This document shows positions 15,558-24,957 of a DNA stretch of 64,000 nucleotides, piece by piece. Position 1 is the stretch's first letter, and the number at the start of each line of letters is the position of its first letter. The stretch lies in the IMG/VR virus record IMGVR_UViG_3300035670_000018, positions 103,364-167,363 of that record; one strand, given 5' to 3'. This DNA comes from a virus. Under the pieces are notes generated by a model, which worked only from the letters and a program-made list of their open reading frames with translations, made no database searches and was not told the DNA's origin. The position numbers and the translations under genes were made by a program.

Positions 15558-15920
15558 ATGAAACTATTAATAGCAGCCTTTGCTGCCCTATTTTTAATGA
15601 CAGCACCCAGTAATGCTACAACAATGGTAGCATCATGGTATGATTGTGTTAAGCCTGGTGAATGTAGTAAACATAAGATTACTGCAAGCGGGCAAAAATT
15701 CAATCCAAATGCTTTAACAGCAGCACACAAGACATTGCCTTTCGGCACAAGACTGAGAGTTACACACAAAGGAAGATCGGTAATAGTAGTAATTAATGAT
15801 AGGGGCCCGTTCATTAGAGGCAGACATTTAGACCTATCAAGAGCAGCAGCAAGAAAGATTGGCTGCGGTGGAGTTTGCACAGTCAAGGTTGAAATCTTAG
15901 GAAAGAAGAAGAAAAGATAG
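15558..15920 (+). CDS. RlpA-like (double-psi beta-barrel) lytic transglycosylase, secreted
   Basis: Signal peptide; ASWY...TASGQKF...TAAHKTLPFGT...INDRGPF...LDLS. Confidence 0.9.
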   Translation: MKLLIAAFAALFLMTAPSNATTMVASWYDCVKPGECSKHKITASGQKFNPNALTAAHKTLPFGTRLRVTHKGRSVIVVINDRGPFIRGRHLDLSRAAARKIGCGGVCTVKVEILGKKKKR

Positions 15921-16081
15921 ACTTGACAACATGTGGGATTTAGTCTAATATATACATCGTGGCGGTAAGTAATGCGTTCCGTCATCCCGCAGCTAGAGGT
16001 TTGTGAGTGGACTGTTGACTGGAAACTCTCATTAACACAATAGTGGAGGCCGTAACCACTTTAAGAAATCGGAGCGAAATT

Positions 16082-16169
16082 GGATAGGTGGCAGAGTGGT
16101 CTATCGCATCGGTCTTGAAAACCGAAGTACCTTCGGGTACCGTAGGTTCGAATCCTACCCTATCCGCCA
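16082..16169 (+). tRNA. tRNA-Ser(TGA)
   Basis: Type II cloverleaf, CCA. Confidence 0.95.
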
Positions 16170-16186
16170 AACAAGAGGAAGATACA

Positions 16187-16333
16187 ATGAGTAAAGATTG
16201 TGGTTGTGGAAGAAGTCCGACTGGTAAGTGTATCGGTTGGCATGGGTTGACAAATGAACAATACTCTGCTAAACTACAAGAATACGAAAAGAAGAACTTG
16301 ACGGAATCAGCTCCTCAGTTGCTTCGTGATTGA
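16187..16333 (+). CDS. Small CDGSH-like Fe-S/Zn-binding protein
   Basis: CGCGRSPTGKCIGWH; GAGG SD. Confidence 0.6.
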   Translation: MSKDCGCGRSPTGKCIGWHGLTNEQYSAKLQEYEKKNLTESAPQLLRD

Positions 16334-16339
16334 ATAAAC

Positions 16340-16415
16340 GCTGCCTTGGTATAGCTGGTGCGTACATGCGCCTGAAGAGCGTGGGGACTCTGTTCGATTC
16401 AGAGAGGCAGCACCA
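16340..16415 (+). tRNA. tRNA-Phe(GAA)
   Basis: Cloverleaf, CCA. Confidence 0.9.
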
Positions 16416-16586
16416 TTTAGAGAGTTAATATGAAACTTAAAACTTGGTGGAAACATGCTGTGTTCCATTATGACATTCTAAAGGTGGATGATACTTGTGT
16501 TGATTACCTTAAGATGGTAACATTCTGGCATCCCGAATACAAAGAGTATCAGACAACAGTAAGTCATGTTTCAAACATAGAATAAT

Positions 16587-16620
16587 GCGTCTTGGGAGGT
16601 GATGGTCACCTCACCGCTCT
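16587..16620 (+). pseudogene. 5' half of a tRNA gene cut off at the anticodon loop
   Basis: GCGTCTT-GG-GAGG-TGATGGTCA-CCTC-A-CCGCT-CT, then the endonuclease promoter; no 3' half found. Confidence 0.65.
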
Positions 16621-16640
16621 CTGAAATACTAAATAGTAGT

Positions 16641-17213
16641 ATGAGATACACCATTTACAAAACGACTAATACAGTCAACGGCAAATACTACATTGGTAAA
16701 CATCAAACCATTGATCCAATGGATAACTATCTGGGTTCAGGTAAGGCTATTGCTAATGCCATAAAACTACACGGTAAAGATTCTTTTGTGAAAGAAGTTC
16801 TGTTTGATTTTGATACAGAAGAGGAAATGAACAGTAAAGAGCGTGAACTTATTACTGAAGATATCGTAAACGATCCGATGTCTTACAATTTAGGTGTCGG
16901 TGGAGAAGGCGGTCCTCACTTCAGTGGAAGAAAACATACAGACGAAACGCGAAAAAAACAGAAAAACGCAAATACAGGTCGTGTCTATGATTACGATAAG
17001 TATAGCGAAGAAAGAAAAAAGACCTTCTTTACTGAAGGCAATGAATACTGGAAGAAAAGAAAAAAGAACTTTCATACGGAAGAGAGCAAACAAAAGATTC
17101 GAGAAAAAAGGTTATTACAACCAACACCGAATTTAGGGCGCAAAATGTCTGAGGAACAAAAAGAAAAGATTCGTCAGACGCTTCTAAAGCGAAACAAGAA
17201 TATGCCTGTGTAG
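16641..17213 (+). CDS. GIY-YIG homing endonuclease (SegB-like position in the tRNA array)
   Basis: TIYKTTN...YYIGKH...YLGSG; NUMOD3 repeats; TACTAAATA at 16627. Confidence 0.9.
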   Translation: MRYTIYKTTNTVNGKYYIGKHQTIDPMDNYLGSGKAIANAIKLHGKDSFVKEVLFDFDTEEEMNSKERELITEDIVNDPMSYNLGVGGEGGPHFSGRKHTDETRKKQKNANTGRVYDYDKYSEERKKTFFTEGNEYWKKRKKNFHTEESKQKIREKRLLQPTPNLGRKMSEEQKEKIRQTLLKRNKNMPV

Positions 17214-17278
17214 TTCATTGATAGAACATGCGTCTCATAAGCGCAATGTAGGTGGTTTGATTCCACCCACAGGCACCA
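17204..17278 (+). tRNA. tRNA-Met(CAT), overlapping the endonuclease stop codon
   Basis: Cloverleaf, CCA. Confidence 0.88.
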
Positions 17279-17289
17279 AATAAATAGAA

Positions 17290-17495
17290 TGCTAACTCCG
17301 ACGGGAGTTGGCCGAGTGCAAGGAAATGACTGCTCACCAGGAGCGGTTAACTTGGCTAGATGGTGTGGTGCCCGTGCGCGACTGACGAGAGTCAGAGGCG
17401 TATCGTCTCCGACCAAGAGAATCTAGGCTGACACGTGGCAGATACAAGGTATCTTGGTCGTGTCTTGTGGGTGTACCCCAGTCCCACCTCACCTT
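17290..17495 (+). ncRNA. About 200-nt structured RNA, manA-motif-like
   Basis: Several hairpins; CGACCAAGA/TCTTGGTCG; GTGGG/CCCAC end; GTGCAAGG and GGTGTGGTGCCCG resemble the manA RNA from memory; adjacent to tRNAs. Confidence 0.55.
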
Positions 17496-17502
17496 ATTAA
17501 AT

Positions 17503-17576
17503 GCGGGTTTGTTGTAGTGGTAGCGAACTACCTTGCCATGGTAGAAGCGCGGGTTCGATTCCCGCATCCCGCTCCA
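17503..17576 (+). tRNA. tRNA-Gly(GCC)
   Basis: Cloverleaf, U73, CCA. Confidence 0.9.
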
Positions 17577-17772
17577 ATCATAAATACCAATATGCTAACT
17601 ATTCTATTTGTATTTTTGTTGTTGGGAACAGAAGTTCTTGCTTTCCTTATCATGATAGTGGTGTTAACATATGAAAAGATGTTTCCTAAAGAAGAACAGA
17701 AAAACAATATATTCTATGATGATAAGATGATAAATATTGATGACCAATCAAGGTCAAACACGAGGTAAGAAT

Positions 17773-17946
17773 ATGTTGAACACAGTTGTTGTTTTGGTTC
17801 TTGTTGCTGTTGTACTATGGGTCGGTTGGACTCTTTGGCAGAACGGCTGGGATGTAAAGAAGGCAGGTGCTGCTCTTGTAGCTGCGGCCGCTGCTGCTTG
17901 GCTCTGGATATCAGATTCGATTACATCTCTAACCGCAGGCATGTAA
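17773..17946 (+). CDS. Small two-TM membrane protein
   Basis: GAGG SD; two hydrophobic segments. Confidence 0.6.
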   Translation: MLNTVVVLVLVAVVLWVGWTLWQNGWDVKKAGAALVAAAAAAWLWISDSITSLTAGM

Positions 17947-18057
17947 TCTAGAAACCGCTCTTGGCCCGTAGCGGTATAGAAGTCTTCTGGGTAAGTCGTG
18001 CAAATGCTAATTCCAAATTATCAGGTTGCAGGACAAGCTAACGGGCTTCCAATTCAA

Positions 18058-18132
18058 GCTTCTTTCGCCAAATGGGAAGGCATCGGTTTTACACACCGAC
18101 ATGACAAGGTTCGATTCCTTGAAGAAGCACCA
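18058..18132 (+). tRNA. tRNA-Val(TAC)
   Basis: Cloverleaf, CCA. Confidence 0.92.
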
Positions 18133-18137
18133 TTAAT

Positions 18138-18219
18138 GCGAGTATGGTGAAATGGCAGACACACTTGCCTTAGAAGCAAGCGCGAAAGCATGGGGGTTCA
18201 AGTCCCTCTACTCGCACCA
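18138..18219 (+). tRNA. tRNA-Leu(TAG)
   Basis: Type II cloverleaf, CCA. Confidence 0.93.
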
Positions 18220-18225
18220 ATCACT

Positions 18226-18299
18226 GCCTCTATAGTTCAAAGGCAGAACACGGCTTTGGTAAAGCCGAAACACAGGATCGTTACCTGTTAGAGGCACCA
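18226..18299 (+). tRNA. tRNA-Thr(GGT)
   Basis: Cloverleaf, T-loop ATCGTTA, CCA. Confidence 0.88.
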
Positions 18300-18314
18300 T
18301 TTAGGAACTTAACA

Positions 18315-18812
18315 ATGATCAGAAAGAATATGGATTTAGACGAAGTTCGTGCATTCATCCAAGCACAATCTCCCGAAACAAAGATTTATCTAGGTGGCGA
18401 CTCTGAACGCTTTCAGTTGAATGGTGTATGGATGGCTGACTACATCAACGTTGTCGTTGTTCATAAGAACGGCAAGAACGGTTGTCGTGTGTTCGGTTCT
18501 GTTGTGCGTGAGCGTGACTATGACCAGCAGAAGGACAAGCCACGTATGCGTCTCATGAATGAAGTAATGAAGACTGCACAGCTTTACCTTGATCTGGAAG
18601 AAGCTATCGGTGAACGTGACTTTGAAATTCATCTGGACATCAATCCTGACTTGAAACACGGCTCATCTTGTGTTATAAATGAAGCTGTTGGTTACATTCG
18701 TGGTATGTGTAATGTGGTACCGCTAGTGAAGCCAAATGCTTGGGCAGCATCTTACTGTGCTGACAGGTACAAGGACGCTATTCAACATATTCCACAAGTG
18801 AAGGTAGGATAA
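18315..18812 (+). CDS. RNase H-like YkuK (DUF458) family protein
   Basis: IYLGGDS...RLMNEV...EIHLDIN...KPNAWAASYCAD. Confidence 0.8.
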   Translation: MIRKNMDLDEVRAFIQAQSPETKIYLGGDSERFQLNGVWMADYINVVVVHKNGKNGCRVFGSVVRERDYDQQKDKPRMRLMNEVMKTAQLYLDLEEAIGERDFEIHLDINPDLKHGSSCVINEAVGYIRGMCNVVPLVKPNAWAASYCADRYKDAIQHIPQVKVG

Positions 18813-18816
18813 AATT

Positions 18817-19266
18817 ATGACTAAGTTTTTTGTTATGTTGGCAGTGATGGCTGCTGCAATCTTTATGCTTGCTACTGGCACTAGAGCAGGAGTTGAACCT
18901 CTTGGTGAGCATGAAGTGATTATTAGGATTGACAAGTCCGATCAGAAGATGTACGTAGAAACGCCTACTGATTATTTTGAGTGGGATGTTTCTACTGGTC
19001 GTAAGGGTTATCGTACTCCTGTTGGCGTGTTTCAGCCCTATCTTTTGAGACCGATGCATTACTCAAGCAAGTATAATAACGCGCCGATGCCTCATTCAAT
19101 TTTCTTTCATGGTGGTTATGCAATTCATGCGACAACAGAAGTAAAGAAGCTTGGTCAACCCGCATCACATGGATGTATTCGTCTTAGCCCTCAGAATGCT
19201 CGTTGGTTGTATCGCATCGTAAACGAGTACGGCAAGTATAATACATATATAGAGATTACAGAATAA
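18817..19266 (+). CDS. L,D-transpeptidase (YkuD family), secreted
   Basis: Signal peptide; VSTG..TP.G; GYAIH...ASHGCIRL. Confidence 0.92.
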   Translation: MTKFFVMLAVMAAAIFMLATGTRAGVEPLGEHEVIIRIDKSDQKMYVETPTDYFEWDVSTGRKGYRTPVGVFQPYLLRPMHYSSKYNNAPMPHSIFFHGGYAIHATTEVKKLGQPASHGCIRLSPQNARWLYRIVNEYGKYNTYIEITE

Positions 19267-19270
19267 TATA

Positions 19271-19361
19271 GGAAGGATGGCCGAGAGGCCGAAGGCACCT
19301 CACTGCTAACGAGGCGTACCCTAATCAGGTACCGTGGGTTCGAATCCCACTCCTTCCGCCA
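19271..19361 (+). tRNA. tRNA-Ser(GCT)
   Basis: Type II cloverleaf, CCA. Confidence 0.95.
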
Positions 19362-19376
19362 AATTATGGATTAGTT

Positions 19377-20066
19377 ATGGAATACGATGGCATTTTCTTT
19401 ATCAATCATGCGCTGAAGGTAAATCAACTATCAGTGTATTCAAATCAGGAGCGTTTCGAGCAAACACTTGAAACGCTCTCTTCTATTAACAAGTATTGTC
19501 CCAATAACAAAGTGTTCATCTTTGATTCGTCTCCTGAAAGACCTGATGTAGAATATTTTGAGGAACTTAGCAACAGAGGCTCAATCGTTTTCTACTCTGG
19601 TGAAGAACCGGATGTAAAACGATTTTCTCAACACGGACAACGAAGTATTGCCGAATGCATCTCATTCATATACTTTCTAAGCTGGTTTCAAAAACAAGAC
19701 TTTAAGGCCAAGCGCATCTATAAGCTGTCTGGTAGATACAGACTGAATGACAATTTCATTGTTGATGATGATCGGTATAAGGATGCATTTGTCTTTGCTA
19801 ATGCTCTAGACTCATGGATGCCAAAGCACATGCAAGAGAGTATTGGAATTGATAAACTATTCAGACTTAGACTCTGGCATATGGACTACAATCTGTTAGG
19901 ACTATTCTATATACAGCTTTCAAAAATCCTTCAAGACTGTGCCAAATATCACATAGATGTTGAGCATAGCTATTATAAAAACTTGCATACATATAAGACA
20001 ATTGAACTTGACAAAATTGGTGTATGTGGTAATATAGCACCAAGTGGAGAATATATTGATGAGTAA
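19377..20066 (+). CDS. Hypothetical protein of a sugar-modification cluster (glycosyltransferase-like)
   Basis: KLSGRY motif; gene context. Confidence 0.5.
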   Translation: MEYDGIFFINHALKVNQLSVYSNQERFEQTLETLSSINKYCPNNKVFIFDSSPERPDVEYFEELSNRGSIVFYSGEEPDVKRFSQHGQRSIAECISFIYFLSWFQKQDFKAKRIYKLSGRYRLNDNFIVDDDRYKDAFVFANALDSWMPKHMQESIGIDKLFRLRLWHMDYNLLGLFYIQLSKILQDCAKYHIDVEHSYYKNLHTYKTIELDKIGVCGNIAPSGEYIDE

Positions 20067-21084
20067 AACGGTATTGATTACAGGCGGTGCAGGCTTTATT
20101 GCACATCATGTTGTAGATTGCTTCCTTAAAAACACCGACTGGCATATTGTCACATTGGATAGATTGGACTATTCAGGCAATCTCAATCGTCTACATGAAG
20201 TCCTAGAAACATATCCTCATGAAACAAGAAAGCGCGTTCGGACAGTCTTTCATGATCTGAAGGCTGAACTGAATCCTCTTGTACAGAATTTCATTGGTGA
20301 TCCAGATATCATTCTACATCTGGCCGCAGCATCACACGTTGATAGGTCTATCACACATCCTCTAGAATTCATTACCGACAACATCATGGGTACAGCCAAT
20401 CTTCTTGAGTATGCAAGACGACTGAACAATCTTGAAATGTTCCTATACTTCAGCACAGATGAAATCTTTGGTGTTGCACCTCCAGGCGTTGCGTATAAGG
20501 AACGTGATCGCTACAACTCAACTAATCCATACTCTGCATCAAAGGCTGGTGCAGAAGAACTATGCGTTGCATATGAGAATACATACAAGATGCCTATGAT
20601 GGTCACTCACACAATGAATGTGTTCGGTGAGCGTCAGACTCCAGAGAAGTTTATTCCGCTCTGTATCAAGAAGGTCATGCGCGATGAGACTGTGACCATT
20701 CATGCAGATGCAACAAAGACAAAGGCTGGTTCACGGTTCTATGTTCATGCTAAGGACGTGGCCGATGCGCTACTATTCTTGCTTCAGAACAATCCTCAGA
20801 TTGAACCAGATTATGGTCTTGCAAAGTGTCGTAAGTTTAATATCGTTGGCAAAGAAGAAGTGGACAATCTATCTCTAGCTAAGATGATTGCAGCCGCTCA
20901 AGGCAAGGAACTAAAATATGAAATGGTCGACTTCCATACGTCTAGGCCTGGGCATGATTTGCGTTATGCTCTTAGTGGTGATCTTATGCGAAGCCTTGGT
21001 TGGGAACCTCGCGTGGCTCTAAGTGATCGCATTAAGGAAGTATCTGATTGGTACGTTAACAATACAAAATGGTTAGGACTGTAA
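20059..21084 (+). CDS. dTDP-glucose 4,6-dehydratase-like NAD-dependent epimerase/dehydratase
   Basis: TGGAGFI, AAASHVDRS, STDE, YSASK, RPGHDLRY. Confidence 0.92.
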   Translation: MSKTVLITGGAGFIAHHVVDCFLKNTDWHIVTLDRLDYSGNLNRLHEVLETYPHETRKRVRTVFHDLKAELNPLVQNFIGDPDIILHLAAASHVDRSITHPLEFITDNIMGTANLLEYARRLNNLEMFLYFSTDEIFGVAPPGVAYKERDRYNSTNPYSASKAGAEELCVAYENTYKMPMMVTHTMNVFGERQTPEKFIPLCIKKVMRDETVTIHADATKTKAGSRFYVHAKDVADALLFLLQNNPQIEPDYGLAKCRKFNIVGKEEVDNLSLAKMIAAAQGKELKYEMVDFHTSRPGHDLRYALSGDLMRSLGWEPRVALSDRIKEVSDWYVNNTKWLGL

Positions 21085-21085
21085 T

Positions 21086-22306
21086 ATGAATCAATGTGAA
21101 GAAATCAAAGAGTGTATCGCTTGTGGTAACACAAACTTAGAGCCATTGCTTGATCTTGGTTCTCAGCCACTAGCTAACTCATTCTTGAAGCATGAGAACG
21201 AACCTGAGAATTTCTATCCACTTGCAACAAACTATTGCAAAGATTGCTTTCATGTTCAGTTGACACACAAAGTCAATCCTGATCTTCTATTCAAGAACTA
21301 TCTGTATGTGTCTGGCACTGCAAAGACACAGCTTGAATACTTTGAATGGTTTGCTAAGTTTGTGTATGAGAGATGTGGTAATTTCAGAAGTGTAAAGGTT
21401 CTTGACATTGGTTGCAATGATGGATCACAGCTAGATGAATTAAAGTCTTATGGCGCTCATACCTTTGGTATTGATCCAGCTGAAAATCTTCATAAGCTAA
21501 GTTCCAAGAATCACGTTGTTCACTGTGCATATTTTGATGGTACACAGTTTGCACCAAATGAATTTGCCGCTGTGATCTGTCAAAATGCATTTGCACACAA
21601 CTACAATCAGCTTGAGTTTCTCAGCAACATGAAGAAGGTTGTTGATCCTGAAGGATATATCTATATCACAACATCACAAGCTGACATGATCTTGAATTGT
21701 GAGTTTGATACAATCTATCATGAACACCTCTCGTTCTATAACATCAAGTCTATGAATGAACTGTGTAAGAGAGCCGGATTGTATATCCATGAAGTTGTGA
21801 AGCATCCAATTCATGGTACAAGCTTCATATTTGTTCTGACAAAGAACTCAGCTAAAAATCGTTCAGCATATGTTGAATTGCTTATTGAAGCTGAGAAGCG
21901 TATGGACTTACACAATCCAGAACTATATCAGAACTATGTTGAAGAGTGTAAATACATCATTGAAAGCTTTGCCGAAACAGTAGCGCAAATGAAGAGTCAG
22001 TATAAGATTATTGGTTATGGTGCACCAGCTAAGGGTAATACATTACTCAATGCTGCTAAGGTAAAGCTAGACTTTATCGTGGACGACAATCCATTGAAGC
22101 AAGGAACATTTACACCTGGTATACATATTCCTGTTTATGGTTCAGATAAGCTGAAGGAATATAAAAACGATGATGTTGTCTTTGTTCCTCTTGCATGGAA
22201 CTTCTTTGATGAAATCAAGAAGAAGATTACTGAAATGAGACCTAATCGTCTCGACATGTTTTTGAAAACTTATCCCCTAGTATATTTGGAATCAGCTAAT
22301 GAATAG
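21086..22306 (+). CDS. NDP-hexose C-methyltransferase-like SAM-dependent methyltransferase
   Basis: N-terminal CxxC...CxxC; DIGCNDG; FDTIYHEH; YGAPAKGNT. Confidence 0.9.
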   Translation: MNQCEEIKECIACGNTNLEPLLDLGSQPLANSFLKHENEPENFYPLATNYCKDCFHVQLTHKVNPDLLFKNYLYVSGTAKTQLEYFEWFAKFVYERCGNFRSVKVLDIGCNDGSQLDELKSYGAHTFGIDPAENLHKLSSKNHVVHCAYFDGTQFAPNEFAAVICQNAFAHNYNQLEFLSNMKKVVDPEGYIYITTSQADMILNCEFDTIYHEHLSFYNIKSMNELCKRAGLYIHEVVKHPIHGTSFIFVLTKNSAKNRSAYVELLIEAEKRMDLHNPELYQNYVEECKYIIESFAETVAQMKSQYKIIGYGAPAKGNTLLNAAKVKLDFIVDDNPLKQGTFTPGIHIPVYGSDKLKEYKNDDVVFVPLAWNFFDEIKKKITEMRPNRLDMFLKTYPLVYLESANE

Positions 22307-22967
22307 AATTGAAGAACTGTTTGAAACAACTGAAAAGCCCTCTACAAAGTGGTCTGGATACTTTGATGTATACGAGAGACACCTATCAAAGTTTGTAGGC
22401 AAAGCACCAAAGATCCTTGAGATTGGTGTGCTTGGCGGCGGCTCAATTGAACTGTGGCTAAAGTATTTTGGTGCAGACACTAAGGTTATAGGTATTGACA
22501 TTGATGAAAGATGCTTGAAATATACCTATGATGGTGATGCAACTGTCATAATGGGTGATCAGAATTCTACTGAGTTCTGGCAAAAGTTCCTGCAAGATAA
22601 TACAGACTTTGATATCATCATTGACGATGGTAGTCATATCATGGAACACCAGATAACTACTCTGCAACAAACATTTCCTCATCTACGTGAAGGCGGTGTT
22701 TATATTTGTGAAGATACACATACAAGCTACTGGCCAAGATGGAACGGCGAGTATGACAAGAAGGACACGTTCCTTTCATACTCAAAGTATGTCAGCGATA
22801 TCATGAACCAGCAGCACTACAAGAATAAGATAGATGAAAATACACTGAAGACGTTTCATAATCTGTATGGTGTATCATTCTATAACAGCATGGTCGTATT
22901 TGAAAAAGAGCATTTGAAGCCTTTTGAAATCAGAGACAACACCAAGCTTACAATTGGCATACGCTAA
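22299..22967 (+). CDS. Class I SAM-dependent sugar O-methyltransferase-like protein
   Basis: LEIGVLGGGS; DIIIDDGSH; GGVYICED. Confidence 0.85.
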   Translation: MNRIEELFETTEKPSTKWSGYFDVYERHLSKFVGKAPKILEIGVLGGGSIELWLKYFGADTKVIGIDIDERCLKYTYDGDATVIMGDQNSTEFWQKFLQDNTDFDIIIDDGSHIMEHQITTLQQTFPHLREGGVYICEDTHTSYWPRWNGEYDKKDTFLSYSKYVSDIMNQQHYKNKIDENTLKTFHNLYGVSFYNSMVVFEKEHLKPFEIRDNTKLTIGIR

Positions 22968-22993
22968 ATACTGTGATGCAACAGGAGAAAATT

Positions 22994-23437
22994 ATGGAAG
23001 AAGTTCATAGCACACTAAAGATTGTTTTGGCTGATACATTTACAATGTACATGAAGACACATTCATTTCACTGGAACGTAATTGGTCCAAACTTTTCAGA
23101 GTATCATGCATTCTTTGGCACGTTGTATGAGGAACTTCATGCTGCAATTGATTTGATAGCAGAACAGATTCGTGCAGCAAACTCTTTTGCTCCTAGTTCT
23201 CTTGACCGTATCAAAGAACTAACACGTATTGAGGAATCTGATACAATTCCAGCTGCTGATAGAATGTTTCAGATTCTCATCAACGATAACAACATTGTTC
23301 TAGATGCACTCAAGCAAGCATATGATGCTGCTGACAAGGCAGAGGAGTTAGGTCTTGCCAACTTTCTACAAGACCGTATGGACATTCATAAGAAGCACGG
23401 ATGGATGCTTCGCTCTACAGCAGGCATGAAGTCTTAA
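22994..23437 (+). CDS. dps: Dps family ferritin-like DNA protection protein
   Basis: FHWNVIGPNF...H..F...D.IAE; HKKHGWML. Confidence 0.92.
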   Translation: MEEVHSTLKIVLADTFTMYMKTHSFHWNVIGPNFSEYHAFFGTLYEELHAAIDLIAEQIRAANSFAPSSLDRIKELTRIEESDTIPAADRMFQILINDNNIVLDALKQAYDAADKAEELGLANFLQDRMDIHKKHGWMLRSTAGMKS

Positions 23438-24693
23438 ACTCTAGGAAGTGGTCCTGATACCATTTCACACCAACCAGTCTCTCTATCATAAGGCCACACG
23501 ATCCACTTGTGTGGCCTTATTGTTGTCTCAAACTCTCTCCATATGTTGTAGAAGTTTCCTTCTACTTTCTTCAAGTCTGCAATTTCTTCTGGTGATAGAT
23601 CGTATCTGTCTATGTCTTCACCCTGCTCATCCTGAAATATGACTGCCCAAAATTCATGGTCTTTATCTTCAATTGATTCTTTCCATACATCTATGCAATG
23701 CCTAAACACATTCTTGTATGATGCATCGTATGCTTCCTGTGTTCTGTAGATAGGATTAGGAGGATCAAACTTCATCAATGTGTATTTCTGTACGGCTCTA
23801 TCTTTAAATGAAATGCCCGCATATTCTTCATAGTCTTCAAGTGTTCGTACTGTGCCAAATCCATATTGTTCAAAATCATAATCAGCTTTATCATCATCTA
23901 CACCAAGAAGCTGCTTCACTCTCTTCAATGACTTGATGTTCAGTTCTTCCCACTTTTTGTTTTCATCCCAGTGCCTTACACGGTTCTTTCTAGTATACTC
24001 ATGCCAGCATACAATCTCATTGGGTATGAATAGATCATAACCTGCTGTATATGCTCTCACGGCCATGGATATCTCTTCGCCATGAAAATACAGATTTGGG
24101 TCGTATGGTACTTCTTCAATGAACTTACCAAACGTGAATGCAAAATGTGCAGAGAAGAATCTGGTAGGTATTGGCATCTTGCGTGTCTCAATATTCTGAA
24201 CAGATTCAGGCAACATGAATATTACACCCTCAGGAGTAAATCTATCAAATGTCAGTTTCCATACTTCTTTTGTTCTACCAGCTGGATCATTATCTGGATC
24301 ATAAGAAGGAACATATGCTGTCAGCAGAGGCTTTTCATATCCAGATTCAATGAGTTTGTCTATCATTGCTTTACACTTGGTATCCCAGCCTCTTACGAAC
24401 CTGTGATGACTATCAAGCTGAAGAGTATACTTTTCGCCAGAGTAATGCTGATTGAGAATGCTTCTGGCCCAGCAAGTGCCTAGACCATCTTTGTAGTCAA
24501 TGTCTATGATCTTGAATCTAGGGTCATCTTTATATGCATCAAGATTGTCCCACTCATCTTCTTTTGACCTCTGCCAAGCTATGGCAAATACCAAGTCTTC
24601 CGGATTGTCTGCTCGTTTGATGCAATTGCGTATTGTTGGAATCAGTTCAGGATCACGATAGGCTGCGATTTGAATGTAAATCTTGTCGGACAT
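23434..24693 (-). CDS. Skp1-type GlcNAc transferase-like glycosyltransferase
   Basis: IAAYRDPEL; LQLDSHHRF..GWD; VPYDP.LYF.GEE; GFGTVRTLEDY. Confidence 0.85.
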   Translation of the reverse strand: MSDKIYIQIAAYRDPELIPTIRNCIKRADNPEDLVFAIAWQRSKEDEWDNLDAYKDDPRFKIIDIDYKDGLGTCWARSILNQHYSGEKYTLQLDSHHRFVRGWDTKCKAMIDKLIESGYEKPLLTAYVPSYDPDNDPAGRTKEVWKLTFDRFTPEGVIFMLPESVQNIETRKMPIPTRFFSAHFAFTFGKFIEEVPYDPNLYFHGEEISMAVRAYTAGYDLFIPNEIVCWHEYTRKNRVRHWDENKKWEELNIKSLKRVKQLLGVDDDKADYDFEQYGFGTVRTLEDYEEYAGISFKDRAVQKYTLMKFDPPNPIYRTQEAYDASYKNVFRHCIDVWKESIEDKDHEFWAVIFQDEQGEDIDRYDLSPEEIADLKKVEGNFYNIWREFETTIRPHKWIVWPYDRETGWCEMVSGPLPRV

Positions 24694-24744
24694 AATATAC
24701 TCCATGATGACACATAAGTATATATGACGAAATAGGAGATTGCT

Positions 24745-24945
24745 ATGTTTAACTTTTTTAGGGACAGATTCAAGATATCAGAACAGAGGTTGCAAATCTG
24801 TAGGCAGTGTGATAAGTTCAATCATGTAAACTCTCAATGCGCTGAATGTGGTTGTTTCATGGACTACAAGACACTTCTTCCTTATGTCTCTTGTCCGTTA
24901 GATAAGTGGAAAGCCATTGAATCTGAGGAAGAGATAAATAAGTAA
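24745..24945 (+). CDS. Small Cys-rich Zn-binding protein
   Basis: RLQICRQC...CAECGC...CPLDKW. Confidence 0.65.
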   Translation: MFNFFRDRFKISEQRLQICRQCDKFNHVNSQCAECGCFMDYKTLLPYVSCPLDKWKAIESEEEINK

Positions 24946-24957
24946 AAGGAGTTTGAC

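Noticed and set aside
16587-17278. Group I intron within a tRNA
   Set aside because: No intron core sequence and no 3' exon; the downstream tRNA-Met is complete.
17290-17495. RNase P RNA or tmRNA
   Set aside because: No GAGGAAAGTCC/P4 signature, no tRNA-Ala-like ends and no tag reading frame.
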